From NCBI GenBank assembly GCA_023393045.1, contig JAEWMV010000036.1, positions 1 through 50,276 of the forward strand: a DNA stretch of 50,276 nt, in the 5' to 3' direction. Under the pieces are notes generated by a model, which was not told where the DNA came from, did not search any database, and worked only from the letters and a program-made list of their open reading frames with translations. Each line of letters begins with the position of its first letter. Positions within the stretch are counted from its first letter, which is position 1. This stretch comes from Bacillota bacterium (lineage in GTDB: Bacteria > Bacillota > Clostridia > Christensenellales > CAG-138). Shown in pieces: positions 1-9,951 of this stretch. The position numbers were made by a program, and so were the translations under genes.

Positions 1-951
1 GCCCACGAAGCAGAGCTTGGGCCTGGCGTCCGGATTCTTCCATATGACGGGATAGCCCTCCTTCACGCGCTTTAGCTCCGCGTCATCTATCACATAGACC
101 TTTGCGCCCTCACGGATGAGCGCCTCGCCCTTTTCCTTCGCCTCGGGCGTGAGCCCTGCGATGTGGTAAAGCCCCACCGCGCCGTTTGATGCGCTCGCCG
201 CGCCGAAGTCCTTGAGGTACGCCTTGGCCTCGTCGTTGAGGTCGTTTCCGAGGAACGCGTCTAGTCCTTTGACATAAGGCACGTCCTCCATGACCTTCAT
301 GCCGATGGCGGAGCCGAGTATCTGCGCCTCCGGCTTCTTTGTGGTTTTCACCTCGACCACCCATGTGGCCATGCGCCCCTCGTCCGTCAAAAAGCCAAAG
401 TAGGGCACAAAGCCCACTATGCTGCCAAAAAGCTCTATGATGCCGGAATTGCGGTTGCAGCGCGCGCCCAAAACGCTGTTGGCATAGACCACGGCGCTGC
501 TTTCCGCCCAGCTCAATACGTCCCCCTCCTTGGGGGTGTTGCCCACCTCATCCATATAGCAGGTGCAGGTGAACGCATCCTCGCCGAGGATGCCAAGCTT
601 CATGAGCTGCGCCTCGTAATCCTCCTGCTTGCCGTACATGAACTTGAAAACGAGGTCCTGCAGGAGGTTCGAGGGCACGTTTTTATCGAGCGGGCGCGGA
701 TCTGCGCTGAACTTTTGCCCGGAGAGCGCACCGCCCTCTATGAGGGTGTCCATGAGCGCGTACACGGGCTTCATCACGGAAAGGCCGAAGCTCGTCACGA
801 TGTGGCCGAATTCCCCGGTGACGGGCACCATCTTTTCGGCCCCGAAGGTTTCCCCGTAGAGGACGAGGGTCTTCATCACCTTGGCCTTCACTTCGCCCAA
901 GCTGCCGTCCAATATGGCCTGCTGCTCGGGCGTGAGAATCATATTCGCCAT
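1..951 (-). CDS. Aconitase X (AcnX / DUF521) large-subunit family protein; the C-terminus runs off the window
   Basis: Absent from the ORF track because no stop lies inside the window. Reverse translation from ATG at 951 gives MANMILTPEQQAILDGSLGEV...SWAESSAVVYANSVLGARCNRNSG...LYHIAGLTPEA, which matches the conserved AcnX/DUF521 blocks. AAGGAGG lies about 8 nt upstream and overlaps the stop of the upstream gene. Confidence 0.65.
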   Translation of the reverse strand, partial: MANMILTPEQQAILDGSLGEVKAKVMKTLVLYGETFGAEKMVPVTGEFGHIVTSFGLSVMKPVYALMDTLIEGGALSGQKFSADPRPLDKNVPSNLLQDLVFKFMYGKQEDYEAQLMKLGILGEDAFTCTCYMDEVGNTPKEGDVLSWAESSAVVYANSVLGARCNRNSGIIELFGSIVGFVPYFGFLTDEGRMATWVVEVKTTKKPEAQILGSAIGMKVMEDVPYVKGLDAFLGNDLNDEAKAYLKDFGAASASNGAVGLYHIAGLTPEAKEKGEALIREGAKVYVIDDAELKRVKEGYPVIWKNPDARPKLCFVG

Positions 952-963
952 GCTGCCGCCTCC

Positions 964-3240
964 TTATATCTTCGTCGCGAGGGCGTAGGCCGAGCGCGTG
1001 GCCTCGTGCACCTTTCCCGCGCTGAAGCTGTCCCCGATGTTATAGAGTTCCGGCGCGGCGTGCGCCTTTTGCGCCTCGAAAAAGAGTGTGTCGTCCGGCC
1101 TGCCGCCCGTGGCGAGTATCACGAGGTCGGCTTCAAGCACCTCGTCCTTCAGTTCCTCGCCAAGCTTGGGTGCGAGCGGGTTCTCGATGTTCCTAGGCAA
1201 AATGGGGCTCCATGTGTTGTAGGGGTCGGGCACGTTTTTGTGCGTGTTGCGCGCGATTTTCACCTTGCCCGCTTCCAGCCCCGTCACCTTGGCGCAGTTG
1301 ATGAGTTCCACGCCCGCCTTCTTTAAATAATAGATCAGGTGGCCGCGGTTGGCGGTGCAGGTGCCGTCCATGAAGTAGGGCAGCATCTCGACCACCTTCA
1401 CGTCCATGCCCTTTTCATATTTTAGATAATAGGCCGTCTCGCACCCCACCACGCCGCCGCCGATGACGACGGCCCTCTTCTTGCCCGCGATGCGCGGGTC
1501 GTCCATGAGCGCGTCCACGGCCTGCACCGCGCCTATTTCATTGATGCCCGGTATGGGCGGCACGGCGTTTTTCGTGCCCACGGCAAAGATCACCGCGTCG
1601 TAATGGGCGTCCTTCAATTCCTGCGCGCTCATCGCCGTGTTGAGCCGGAGGTTGATTTTGCCCTGCGCCGCGGCCTTCTCCACCTCGCGCTCAAGGTAGC
1701 GGCGGTAATTGTCCACATCGAACTTGATGCGCGGGCGGCTGCCGGGGATGATCCTGCCGCCGATGGCGGGGCCTTTCTCGATGAGGTCCACCGCATGCCC
1801 GCGCGCGGCGGCCGTGAGCGCGGCGACGACGCCCGCGGGCCCCGCGCCGACGACGGCGATCTTCTTTTTGACCTCGGCCGGGGCGGGGATAGCGGGGTAA
1901 ACGTCCTCAAAGGCGGTCCTGGGATTGACCGCGCACTGCGGATGCCCGCCGTCCACAAACTCGTTGATGCAGCCCTCCTGGCAGCCGATGCAGGGGATGA
2001 TCTCCCGCACCCGGCCCGCGTACGCCTTGTTGGGCCATTCCGGGTCGGCAAGCAGGGGCCGCCCGAGCATGATCATGTCCGCACGTCCCTCGCGCAGCGC
2101 CCTTTCCGCCATGTCCGGGTAGCCGAGCTTGCCCACGGCCACGACGGGAATTTCCGCGCCCGCGTTGGAGAGGATGCTGTTATCCTTAAAGTACCTTTTT
2201 GCGGTTTCCGCCATCTCGAGGAAGCAGCCTGCCGGCATGCTCGAGGGGGGATGGGGGAGCCACCAGTTGTCATAACAGCCCAAGTCCACGTCGAACATAT
2301 CCACGCCCGCCTCCACGAGGTGCTTCATGTAAACGAGCGTATCCTCTATGGTGCGGCCGTTCTTGAACTTGCGAAGCGAGGGCACTTTGTCCATATCCTC
2401 GCCATAGGTCTCGTTGAGCGCGAGGGAGAGGTCGATGCGATACATGATGGGGTAGCAGGGGCCCGCGCGGCGGCGTATCTCGCGGATGAGGTCGATGCCA
2501 AAACGCTCCGCGTCCGCGTACCGGCCAAGCTTCCTCCTGTTAAAGGCGGGGTTTGTGAGCTGCTCAAGCAAATACCCTTCGTGCCCGTGCAGGTATACGC
2601 CGTCGAGCCCGCAGGCCATTGCGTCCGCCGCGGCCTGTCCCGCGTTTTTGATGATCTTTCTGAGTTTGGCGTCGGACAGGCGCGCGCAGGGGATCTGCGG
2701 GATGTAAAAGTTGGGGTTGAAGGAGGCGGACACCGGGAACTTCAGCTCGTTGATGAGGCACTGCGGATTGCCCACGCGCCCGAGGCCGGGGGTGAGCTGC
2801 ACGAATATCTTCGCGCCGAAGCTGTGGCAGCCCTGCGCGAGATCGCGCCAGCCCGCAAACACCGTGCGGCTGCGGTCAATTCTCGGAAAATAGGAAAGGT
2901 GGCCGAGCTCGGTGATGGAATTGTCTATGCCGTGGCTGATGGGGATGAGCCCCGTTGTAATGAGTCCCACGCCGCCCTTGGCGCGCGCGATGAAGTATTG
3001 GATCATCTTGTCGTTGGGGCGTCCGGTTTCCTCCGCCATGTCGATGTTGCCCATGGGCGCCATCACGAGGCGGTTCTTGATGGTGGTGCGGTTCACCTTA
3101 ATGGGTGAAAACATCGCGTCGTAAGGATACAGCTCCTGCGTCATCAGGCCCGTGCCGCCCGGACAGTTGACAAGCTTTTCGTCGCCCGCCCAGCTTCCGT
3201 AGCCGTCCACGAGCCTTTGCACAGTTTTGTCCAGCTTCAT
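964..3240 (-). CDS. Old-Yellow-Enzyme-type FMN/FAD/Fe-S oxidoreductase (2-enoate reductase / 2,4-dienoyl-CoA reductase family)
   Basis: 758 aa. It has an N-terminal OYE barrel (NRLVMAPMG), a CIGCQEGC cysteine motif, and C-terminal VVGAGPAG and VIGGGVVG dinucleotide-binding motifs. A GGAGG RBS precedes the ATG. Confidence 0.85.
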   Translation of the reverse strand: MKLDKTVQRLVDGYGSWAGDEKLVNCPGGTGLMTQELYPYDAMFSPIKVNRTTIKNRLVMAPMGNIDMAEETGRPNDKMIQYFIARAKGGVGLITTGLIPISHGIDNSITELGHLSYFPRIDRSRTVFAGWRDLAQGCHSFGAKIFVQLTPGLGRVGNPQCLINELKFPVSASFNPNFYIPQIPCARLSDAKLRKIIKNAGQAAADAMACGLDGVYLHGHEGYLLEQLTNPAFNRRKLGRYADAERFGIDLIREIRRRAGPCYPIMYRIDLSLALNETYGEDMDKVPSLRKFKNGRTIEDTLVYMKHLVEAGVDMFDVDLGCYDNWWLPHPPSSMPAGCFLEMAETAKRYFKDNSILSNAGAEIPVVAVGKLGYPDMAERALREGRADMIMLGRPLLADPEWPNKAYAGRVREIIPCIGCQEGCINEFVDGGHPQCAVNPRTAFEDVYPAIPAPAEVKKKIAVVGAGPAGVVAALTAAARGHAVDLIEKGPAIGGRIIPGSRPRIKFDVDNYRRYLEREVEKAAAQGKINLRLNTAMSAQELKDAHYDAVIFAVGTKNAVPPIPGINEIGAVQAVDALMDDPRIAGKKRAVVIGGGVVGCETAYYLKYEKGMDVKVVEMLPYFMDGTCTANRGHLIYYLKKAGVELINCAKVTGLEAGKVKIARNTHKNVPDPYNTWSPILPRNIENPLAPKLGEELKDEVLEADLVILATGGRPDDTLFFEAQKAHAAPELYNIGDSFSAGKVHEATRSAYALATKI

Positions 3241-3341
3241 AGAAACCTCCTGTATGCATATTCCGCCAACGCGGTTGAACTAAGTTTGATAATTTGATAA
3301 CGATATATACAGTATAACGCCAAACGGCCGAAAATAACAGT

Positions 3342-3373
3342 AGGGGCGCGTGTTATATCCGCCCAAATTCAGG
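3342..3373 (+). repeat. Copy 1 of a short dispersed intergenic motif (GGGGC... TATATCCGCCC-AAATTCAGG)
   Basis: The tail TATATCCGCCCAAATTCAGGG matches copy 2 (TATATCCGCCCGAATTTAAGT) at 17 of 21 hand-aligned positions. A partial inverted version (GGGGCGGATATGATATCCCCGCC) lies at 3417-3440. Confidence 0.35.
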
Positions 3374-3443
3374 GAATTGCCAACGGGCGGCGGGGTATGC
3401 CGCCGCATAAATTGCAGGGGCGGATATGATATCCCCGCCGCAT

Positions 3444-4865
3444 TCAATATCCGATGATCGTTTCCAGCGCCGTATCCCTGTTGTTCAGGTAATCCTCAAA
3501 GGTTTGATAAACATATATGTCCGGCAGCAGGGCGTCCGCCTCATATTCGGGCCACATCGAACTAAACGCCTGTGAGACCCTGAAGCCGATGCCCGAATTG
3601 GGGAGGGTATAGCGCAGCGCGTAACCGAAGAAGTCCGGCGGCTGGCCGGCCGGCTCGCCCACCAGCACGGCGTTTTCCGCGTGCTTTTTGAGCAAGGTCG
3701 CCAACGTTGTCGCGGCCGATGTTGATCCCCCATCGATGAGAATGTACACCGTGCCGACAAGGTCTCGGTTATAATTGAGCGCGCGGATAAAAGTGTCATA
3801 ATATTCCGGCACATAACCGCCCGGATTCCCGCGCAAGTCGATCACGAGCTTTTCTACGCCGGGCGTTTGCTGCAAAGCTTCGATAAAGTCCATTTGAAAT
3901 TGCCTGAAGAGAAGACCCTCTTCCGTGCAATCGCTGTGCCGCAAATACATCATATCGTCCTCGGGAAGGTATTCGTACCAGCCGTATTGATCCTCGTGCG
4001 CGTACATCAGGAGTTTTTCCTTATCGACCATGCATTGCACCGTTTCCATCGCTTCATACTCATCCTGCGTGACCGCTTCAACTTTTACGCTGAAACGTTT
4101 GCCCTGCGCGTCGATAAAGGTAAATTTCGCCGCATCCTTGTTTTTGCCTATGACATCCACAAACTGCAGCGCTTCTTTTTTGTAGCACAGGCCGTCGTAG
4201 CGCACATCGACCGCGTTCAAAATCAGATATTGCTCGTTTTCATGCGGGATGAGCTTTTCAAAGCGCCTGAGGATTTCGTCTATAGCGACGCCGTTTATGG
4301 CAACCAGCTTACAGGCTAAAGTCCGCTCCAGCTCTTTGGGCGCACGCACGTTATAATAAGCAAAGCCCCCGTCGTCAAAAAACGGAATGAAGTAAAAGGG
4401 AAAAATATCGCCCGCAGGCACGCTGATATTGGAATGAACGTCCCCCAGCGACGCCACGAGTTCCGCCAGTTTGTACGGAATCTCAAAATCCTCAAGCTGC
4501 GGTATGCGCGCGATCAAATCGTTGACGCCCGTAATAAAGCAAGCCCGGAGCGCTTCGTCATAATACACCGCCCTTTTAAACGATCCGCTCCCGCCCATAT
4601 ATGTGTTTTCGGCGTAAGTATCACACTCCCTGTCAACGAGCAGCGGGTGCCCCTGCACTCCATAAAGGAACGTGTGCGCAAAAAAGACGACGTCCTTCTC
4701 CCAATCCCTGTCCCGGCCTTCTTCCAGTTGATACTCATAATCGAACACGCTGCCGGTGAAAGGCGTGAGTGCGACGGGCTGCTCAGTTTTTATGCCGCAT
4801 GATACGAGCATGAGCGTATTGCAGATCAGCAACAAAACGGCGGTCGCTCTTTTGATCGGATTCAT
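3444..4865 (-). CDS. S41-family (C-terminal processing / tail-specific) peptidase, lipoprotein
   Basis: Signal peptide with an LVSC lipobox, plus LVIDLRGNPGGY and DGGSTSAATTLA S41 motifs. I moved the start to ATG 4865 because GAGGTG sits 6 nt upstream; the track's GTG start at 4874 lies inside that SD. Confidence 0.8.
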   Translation of the reverse strand: MNPIKRATAVLLLICNTLMLVSCGIKTEQPVALTPFTGSVFDYEYQLEEGRDRDWEKDVVFFAHTFLYGVQGHPLLVDRECDTYAENTYMGGSGSFKRAVYYDEALRACFITGVNDLIARIPQLEDFEIPYKLAELVASLGDVHSNISVPAGDIFPFYFIPFFDDGGFAYYNVRAPKELERTLACKLVAINGVAIDEILRRFEKLIPHENEQYLILNAVDVRYDGLCYKKEALQFVDVIGKNKDAAKFTFIDAQGKRFSVKVEAVTQDEYEAMETVQCMVDKEKLLMYAHEDQYGWYEYLPEDDMMYLRHSDCTEEGLLFRQFQMDFIEALQQTPGVEKLVIDLRGNPGGYVPEYYDTFIRALNYNRDLVGTVYILIDGGSTSAATTLATLLKKHAENAVLVGEPAGQPPDFFGYALRYTLPNSGIGFRVSQAFSSMWPEYEADALLPDIYVYQTFEDYLNNRDTALETIIGY

Positions 4866-4944
4866 CTTCGGCACCTCAGATATGTTTTTCTTATGCTATT
4901 GTGACAGCATGTAAATTATATCAATCCATAGAATAAAATGCCAG

Positions 4945-4978
4945 CCGGGGGCGGATTATATATCCGCCCGAATTTAAG
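4945..4978 (+). repeat. Copy 2 of the dispersed intergenic motif (CCGGGGGCGGATTATATATCCGCCCGAATTTAAG)
   Basis: Near-palindrome GGGCGGAT / ATCCGCCC followed by GAATTTAAG. It has the same orientation as copy 1, and the two copies flank the S41 gene. Confidence 0.4.
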
Positions 4979-5103
4979 TTGCTGACAGTTTGGCAAACAC
5001 TCTCCGTTTTGCCCGGTTGCGGCGCAACGCGACGCGCCGCTTGTTATCCCGGCTAAAAGAGGTTATAATAACTTATCTATCATGTTAGGGGTAATCTTGA
5101 GCT

Positions 5104-6063
5104 TTGACGGATAAAAAAGGCGAATCCGGAAAATATATCGCGCTTGGTTTGTTGATTGGCGCGCTCGCGGCACTCGCGAGCGTTTATGTGCCTTACGCCT
5201 CGCTGGCGGCGCCCGCCTTCCTCGCGTTCGTATTCGCGGCATGGGGAACGGCCGGCATCGTTTCCGCACTCACGGGCGCGCTCGCCGCGACCCTGCTTAC
5301 GCTCGATGTTGCGGATGCCGCGTACACGCTCTCGCTCTACCTGCCCGCGTCGCTCATCATGGGCTGGGTCATCCGCGAAAACAAGCCGTGGCGCGCGGCC
5401 GTGTCCATCTCCGCGCTCGCGATGGGCGTGGCGCTGTATCTGAACATGAGCCTGCCCTACATGCTCGAGGGGAGCAATCCTTTCGAGGCGGTGCAAAAGG
5501 CAATCGGCGCGCTCGCCGCCCAGATGTCCGCCGAGATGCAGGCGCTCTATCCTGCCGACGCGCAGGGCCTCCAACTCATCAAGGAGACGTTCGCGAGCAT
5601 CGAGGAGATCGCGCCTCAACTGATGATGTACCTCGTGTGCGGCCTCGCGATGCTTTTTGCGCTCATGGACGTAGTGATTGCCCGCGCGCTTTTAAAGAAG
5701 ACGGAGACGACGCTTCGCCCCATGACGCACTTCGCGCTCTGGCAGTTGGGCGGCCATTACATCCATGTGACCATTGCCGCCATCGCGGGTACGGCCGCGG
5801 TGTTCATCCTCGGGCTTGACAATGCGGACGCGGTGTTCGCCGCCGCCTCGGGCATCGTGATGATGCCCCTCATGCTCATGGGCGTGTGCTATATGGAATT
5901 CACGCTCAGGATGAGCCCGAAAAAAAGCGCCGGCCGCCGCGTCGCCTTCTATATTTTCACGGCGTTTCTGCTGCCCTATTCGCTGATATTTTTAGGGCTG
6001 GCGGACAGGTTCACCAAAGTGAGGCGGCATTACACCACCAAGAAAAAGACCGACGGGGAGTAA
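5104..6063 (+). CDS. yybS: YybS-like polytopic membrane protein (DUF2232 family)
   Basis: 319 aa and strongly hydrophobic. It sits immediately upstream of gdpP-rplI-dnaB, as in Bacillus and Clostridia. The start is TTG and no upstream extension is possible because TGA lies at 5098. Confidence 0.65.
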   Translation: MTDKKGESGKYIALGLLIGALAALASVYVPYASLAAPAFLAFVFAAWGTAGIVSALTGALAATLLTLDVADAAYTLSLYLPASLIMGWVIRENKPWRAAVSISALAMGVALYLNMSLPYMLEGSNPFEAVQKAIGALAAQMSAEMQALYPADAQGLQLIKETFASIEEIAPQLMMYLVCGLAMLFALMDVVIARALLKKTETTLRPMTHFALWQLGGHYIHVTIAAIAGTAAVFILGLDNADAVFAAASGIVMMPLMLMGVCYMEFTLRMSPKKSAGRRVAFYIFTAFLLPYSLIFLGLADRFTKVRRHYTTKKKTDGE

Positions 6064-6072
6064 AACGCAAGC

Positions 6073-8028
6073 ATGAAGCTCAGACCGCAAAACGCGCTCA
6101 TACCCTTCGGCGTCGTCTCGCTCCTTCTGGGCGCGTGGCTTTTCGTGCTCACGCGCACATGGTGGCACGGGGCGCTCGCCCTCGCGCTTTGCCTGCTCTC
6201 CCTCGCAATCAGCACCATCATACTCGGCGCGTACCGAAAAAAGCTCGGGCGCGAGTTTGACGACATTTTTAAAACCAACGCCTCCGCCTCCGCGCAGATC
6301 ATGAACACGCTCACCATCCCCGCGCTCATTTTCGACGCGGACGGGCGCATCATCTGGGCCAACAAGTCCTTTCGCCAGATACACGACGGGCGCGACATAC
6401 GGCGCATCCTGCCCGGCTTCGACGCGCGCTTCCCCACGCAGGCGCTCTCCTTCGAGCATGCGGGCAGCACCTATCAGGTGATGAGCCTGCCCGTCAAACG
6501 CGAGCATCCGGGGGCGAAGAGCCTCATTTTCCAATACTGGCTCGACCGGACCGAGGCGCTCCATTACACGCGGCTCTATGAGGAGAACATGCCCACGGTG
6601 GCCCTCATCTACGTGGACAATTACGAGGAGCTCGCGGCCGACAAGCTCTTTCGCCGCAACTCCGTTTTGAGCGAGGTGGAAACCAAGGTCGGCGAGTTGG
6701 CCGCCTCCGTGCAGGGCTCTTACCGCCGCTATGAAAACGCGCGCTTCATCTTGCTCTTTGAGGCGAAATACCTGCCGGAGCTTGAGAAGCAGCGCTTCCC
6801 CCTGCTGGAGAGCGCCCATTTAATCGAAACGGGCACGGAGCAGCCCGTCACGCTCTCCATCGCCGTGGGCGCGGAGGAGCGGGTCATGCGCTCCGACGAG
6901 AGCGCGCGCGAGGCCATGGAACTGGCCCTCGGGCGCGGGGGAGATCAGGCGGTGGTCAAGCACGGCATCAACTATACCTTCTACGGCGGCAAGCGCCAGG
7001 TGAGCTCGCCCAAGCAGTCCCGCGTGAAAACGCGGCTCTTCGCCAAAGCCCTGCGGCAATTGATGGAAAATTCCGACCAAGTGCTCATCATGGGCCACAA
7101 CTATCCCGATATGGACTGCATCGGCGCGGCGCTGGGCCTCATGCGCTGCGCGGCGAGTTTGGGCAAGCGCGCCTACTATGTGCTCGATGAATCCAACAGC
7201 ACCATAGACGGCGCCATGGACGCCATGGCGGGCAGCAAGCAGTACCACGAGAGCGTCATACCCGTGGAGCAGGCGCTGCAGCTCATCCGCCCAAGCTCCG
7301 TCGTCGTCGTCGTGGATACGCAGCGCGAGAGCTCCGTGCAGTCCATCAAGCTCTATGAGAGCGCGACGAAGACCGTCGTGATCGATCATCACCGCCGCCC
7401 CGTGGACGCGCTCGCAAACCCCACCCTCAACTATCTGGAGGCCGGGGCCTCCTCCACCTGCGAGATGGTGACGGAAGTGCTCCAATACTTCGACGACGAC
7501 CTGCGGCCCACCGCCTTCGAGTGCAGCGCGCTGCTCGCGGGCATGACCATGGACACCAAGTCCTTTTCCATCAACACGGGTGCGCGCACCTTCGAGGCCG
7601 CGGGGTTTTTGCGCAAATGCGGCGCGGACACGAGCATGGTCAAGCTCATGTATCAGGATGAGATGCAAAACTTCCGCAACCGCGCGCAGGTGGTGCAAAA
7701 CGCGCTCATCATGGATCAGGGCATCGCCATTTCCACCTGCCCGCACGACATGCCGGACAACGCCCTCATCGCCGCGCAGGCGGCGGACGCGCTCCTCTCC
7801 ATCAAGGGGATACAGGCCTCCTTCGTGCTTGCGGACGCGGGCGGCTCGGTGATGGTCAGCGGCAGGAGCTTAGGCTCCGTCAACGTGCAGATCATACTCG
7901 AGCGCATCGGCGGGGGCGGCCACCTCACCGTGGCGGGCGCGCAGCTCCACGGCATGACGCTCGACGAGGCCGTGAAAACCCTCATGGACAGCATACAGAC
8001 CTATTTGAAGGAGGCAGGAAGCGAATGA
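6073..8028 (+). CDS. gdpP: Cyclic-di-AMP phosphodiesterase GdpP (DHH/DHHA1)
   Basis: 651 aa. It has two N-terminal TM helices, a PAS-like and degenerate GGDEF region, the DHH motif (VVIDHHRR) and the DHHA1 motif (GGGGH). Synteny is conserved. Confidence 0.9.
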   Translation: MKLRPQNALIPFGVVSLLLGAWLFVLTRTWWHGALALALCLLSLAISTIILGAYRKKLGREFDDIFKTNASASAQIMNTLTIPALIFDADGRIIWANKSFRQIHDGRDIRRILPGFDARFPTQALSFEHAGSTYQVMSLPVKREHPGAKSLIFQYWLDRTEALHYTRLYEENMPTVALIYVDNYEELAADKLFRRNSVLSEVETKVGELAASVQGSYRRYENARFILLFEAKYLPELEKQRFPLLESAHLIETGTEQPVTLSIAVGAEERVMRSDESAREAMELALGRGGDQAVVKHGINYTFYGGKRQVSSPKQSRVKTRLFAKALRQLMENSDQVLIMGHNYPDMDCIGAALGLMRCAASLGKRAYYVLDESNSTIDGAMDAMAGSKQYHESVIPVEQALQLIRPSSVVVVVDTQRESSVQSIKLYESATKTVVIDHHRRPVDALANPTLNYLEAGASSTCEMVTEVLQYFDDDLRPTAFECSALLAGMTMDTKSFSINTGARTFEAAGFLRKCGADTSMVKLMYQDEMQNFRNRAQVVQNALIMDQGIAISTCPHDMPDNALIAAQAADALLSIKGIQASFVLADAGGSVMVSGRSLGSVNVQIILERIGGGGHLTVAGAQLHGMTLDEAVKTLMDSIQTYLKEAGSE

Positions 8029-8477
8029 AGGTCATTTTGCAAAAGGACGTAAAGAGCCAGGGCAAGGCGGGGGAAATCGTCAACGTCAGCGACGGTTACG
8101 CCCGCAACTTCCTCATCCCGCAGGGGCTCGCCCTTCCGGCGGACGCGAACAGCATCAACGCCGCCAACATCAAAAAAAGCGCGGACGCGCACAGGCTCGA
8201 CATGCAAAAGCAGCGCGCCAAGGCGCTTGCGGCAGAGATGAGCGACCTCACGGTGAAGGTGCGCGCCAAGGCGGGGGAAAACGGCAAGCTCTTTGGCTCC
8301 ATCGGCGCGGCGGAAATCGCGGCGGCTTTGAAGCAGCAGTACGGCCTCGAGGTGGACAAGAAAAAGATCAGGCTCGACGAGCCCATCAAAACGCTCGGCA
8401 CGACCAAGGTTTCCGCGCACCTCTATGAAAACGCGGACGCGAAATTTTCCGTCGAGGTTCTGCCCATAGAGGCGTAA
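8025..8477 (+). CDS. rplI: 50S ribosomal protein L9
   Basis: [36 protein letters not shown] is the canonical L9 N-terminus. There is an ATGA overlap with gdpP. Confidence 0.95.
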   Translation: MKVILQKDVKSQGKAGEIVNVSDGYARNFLIPQGLALPADANSINAANIKKSADAHRLDMQKQRAKALAAEMSDLTVKVRAKAGENGKLFGSIGAAEIAAALKQQYGLEVDKKKIRLDEPIKTLGTTKVSAHLYENADAKFSVEVLPIEA

Positions 8478-8494
8478 GAGGTTTGTGAGGTAAT

Positions 8495-9844
8495 ATGGAA
8501 CAGCACCCGCGCATCCCCCCGCACAGTATGGAGGCCGAGAAGAGCGTGCTTGGCAGCATGCTCATTTCGCGCGACGCGACAGAGCTTTCCTGCGAGATGC
8601 TCCGCGCGGAGGATTTTTACGCCGCCGCGCACAGGGATATTTTCGAGGCGATGTTCTCCTTAAACGCGCGCGGCGAGGCGGTGGACAGCGTCACCGTCAT
8701 CGACGCGCTCGAGCGCGCGGGCAAGCTCGCCGCCGTGGGCGGCGTGGGGTATGTGACGGAGCTTTCCCTCTTCGTGCCCAGCGCCGCGAACGTGAGCCAT
8801 TATATCCACATCGTCGAGGACAGGAGCGTGCTGCGCCAGCTCATCAAGGCGGGCGGGGAAATCACGCGGGAAGCGCAGGAAAACGCCGCCCCCATCAACG
8901 AGATACTCGACGGCGCGGAGCGGCGCATCTTCAACATATCGATGAAAAAGAGCGAGGATACCCTCGTGCACATCGAGCAGACCGCCATGGAAACGTATTT
9001 GCACATTGGCGAGTTGATGCGCACAAAAGGCTCCCTCTCCGGCGTGCCCACGGGCTTCACCGATCTCGATAAGCTCACCTCGGGCCTGCAAAAGAGCGAC
9101 CTCATCATCGTCGCCGGCCGCCCGTCCATGGGCAAAACCTCCTTCGCGATGAACATCGCCCAGTACGCGGCCACCAAGGGCCGGAAAAAGGTGTGCGTGT
9201 TTAACCTTGAGATGAGCCGCGAGCAGCTTGTCAGGAGGCTGCTGTGCGCCAACGCGGGCGTGGACATGCACCGCGTCAACACGGGCGAAACCACGGAGGA
9301 CGATTTGTTAAAGCTCTCCGAATCGCTCGAGGAGCTTTCCGCCGCCGACATCTATATCGACGACACGGGCGGCGTGAGCGTGGCGGACATAAGGAGCCGC
9401 TGCCGCCGCCAGAAGACGCGCACGGGGCTTGACATGGTGATCATCGACTACCTGCAATTGATGGAGCTGACCTCCAACTCCGGCAGCCGCGTGACGGATA
9501 TTTCCGAAGCGACGCGCTCACTCAAAATACTCGCCCGCGAGCTGGATGTGCCCATCATACTGCTCTCGCAGCTCTCGCGCGGCCCCGAAACGCGCAAGGA
9601 CGACAACCACCGCCCCGTCATGGCCGACTTGCGCGAATCCGGCGCAATCGAGCAGGACGCGGATATGATCATGCTGCTCTACCGCCCCGCGGTCTACGCC
9701 GCGAAGGACGATATAGAAGCGCTTTCCGATAACACGGCGGAAATCATCGTGGCCAAGCACCGCAACGGCCCCACCGCCGTGGTGACGCTCGCCTGGCAGA
9801 GCGCGTACACCCGCTTTACCAACCGCACCTTAAGAAATCAATAG
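8495..9844 (+). CDS. dnaB: Replicative DNA helicase DnaB
   Basis: 449 aa. The N-terminal PPHSMEAEKSVLGSML motif, Walker A (GRPSMGKTSF) and LSQLSR are present. The length is normal, so there is no intein. Confidence 0.95.
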   Translation: MEQHPRIPPHSMEAEKSVLGSMLISRDATELSCEMLRAEDFYAAAHRDIFEAMFSLNARGEAVDSVTVIDALERAGKLAAVGGVGYVTELSLFVPSAANVSHYIHIVEDRSVLRQLIKAGGEITREAQENAAPINEILDGAERRIFNISMKKSEDTLVHIEQTAMETYLHIGELMRTKGSLSGVPTGFTDLDKLTSGLQKSDLIIVAGRPSMGKTSFAMNIAQYAATKGRKKVCVFNLEMSREQLVRRLLCANAGVDMHRVNTGETTEDDLLKLSESLEELSAADIYIDDTGGVSVADIRSRCRRQKTRTGLDMVIIDYLQLMELTSNSGSRVTDISEATRSLKILARELDVPIILLSQLSRGPETRKDDNHRPVMADLRESGAIEQDADMIMLLYRPAVYAAKDDIEALSDNTAEIIVAKHRNGPTAVVTLAWQSAYTRFTNRTLRNQ

Positions 9845-9951
9845 CCGCGAACACAGGCGAAAAGGGATAACTGCCCCGGCGCGTATTCATTTATCATATA
9901 CCGCGCCGCCGGGGTTGATATAATCATAACTTTATTTATGGAGGACTTGTA

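Noticed and set aside
1603-3108. 501-aa plus-strand ORF, along with other long antisense ORFs: 9838-11184(-), 12791-14611(-), 16450-18639(+), 32754-34640(-), 43992-45872(-), 5992-6819(-), 6820-7746(-), 24607-25434(+), 47813-48694(-) and 48914-49603(-)
   Set aside because: Each lies opposite a gene with clear family motifs. Their translations are Arg/Ala/Gly/His-rich low-complexity strings typical of stop-poor antisense frames in high-GC DNA, and none has an SD.
8495-9844. Checked DnaB for an intein or insertion
   Set aside because: The length (449 aa) and contiguous helicase motifs are standard, and no extra segment is present.
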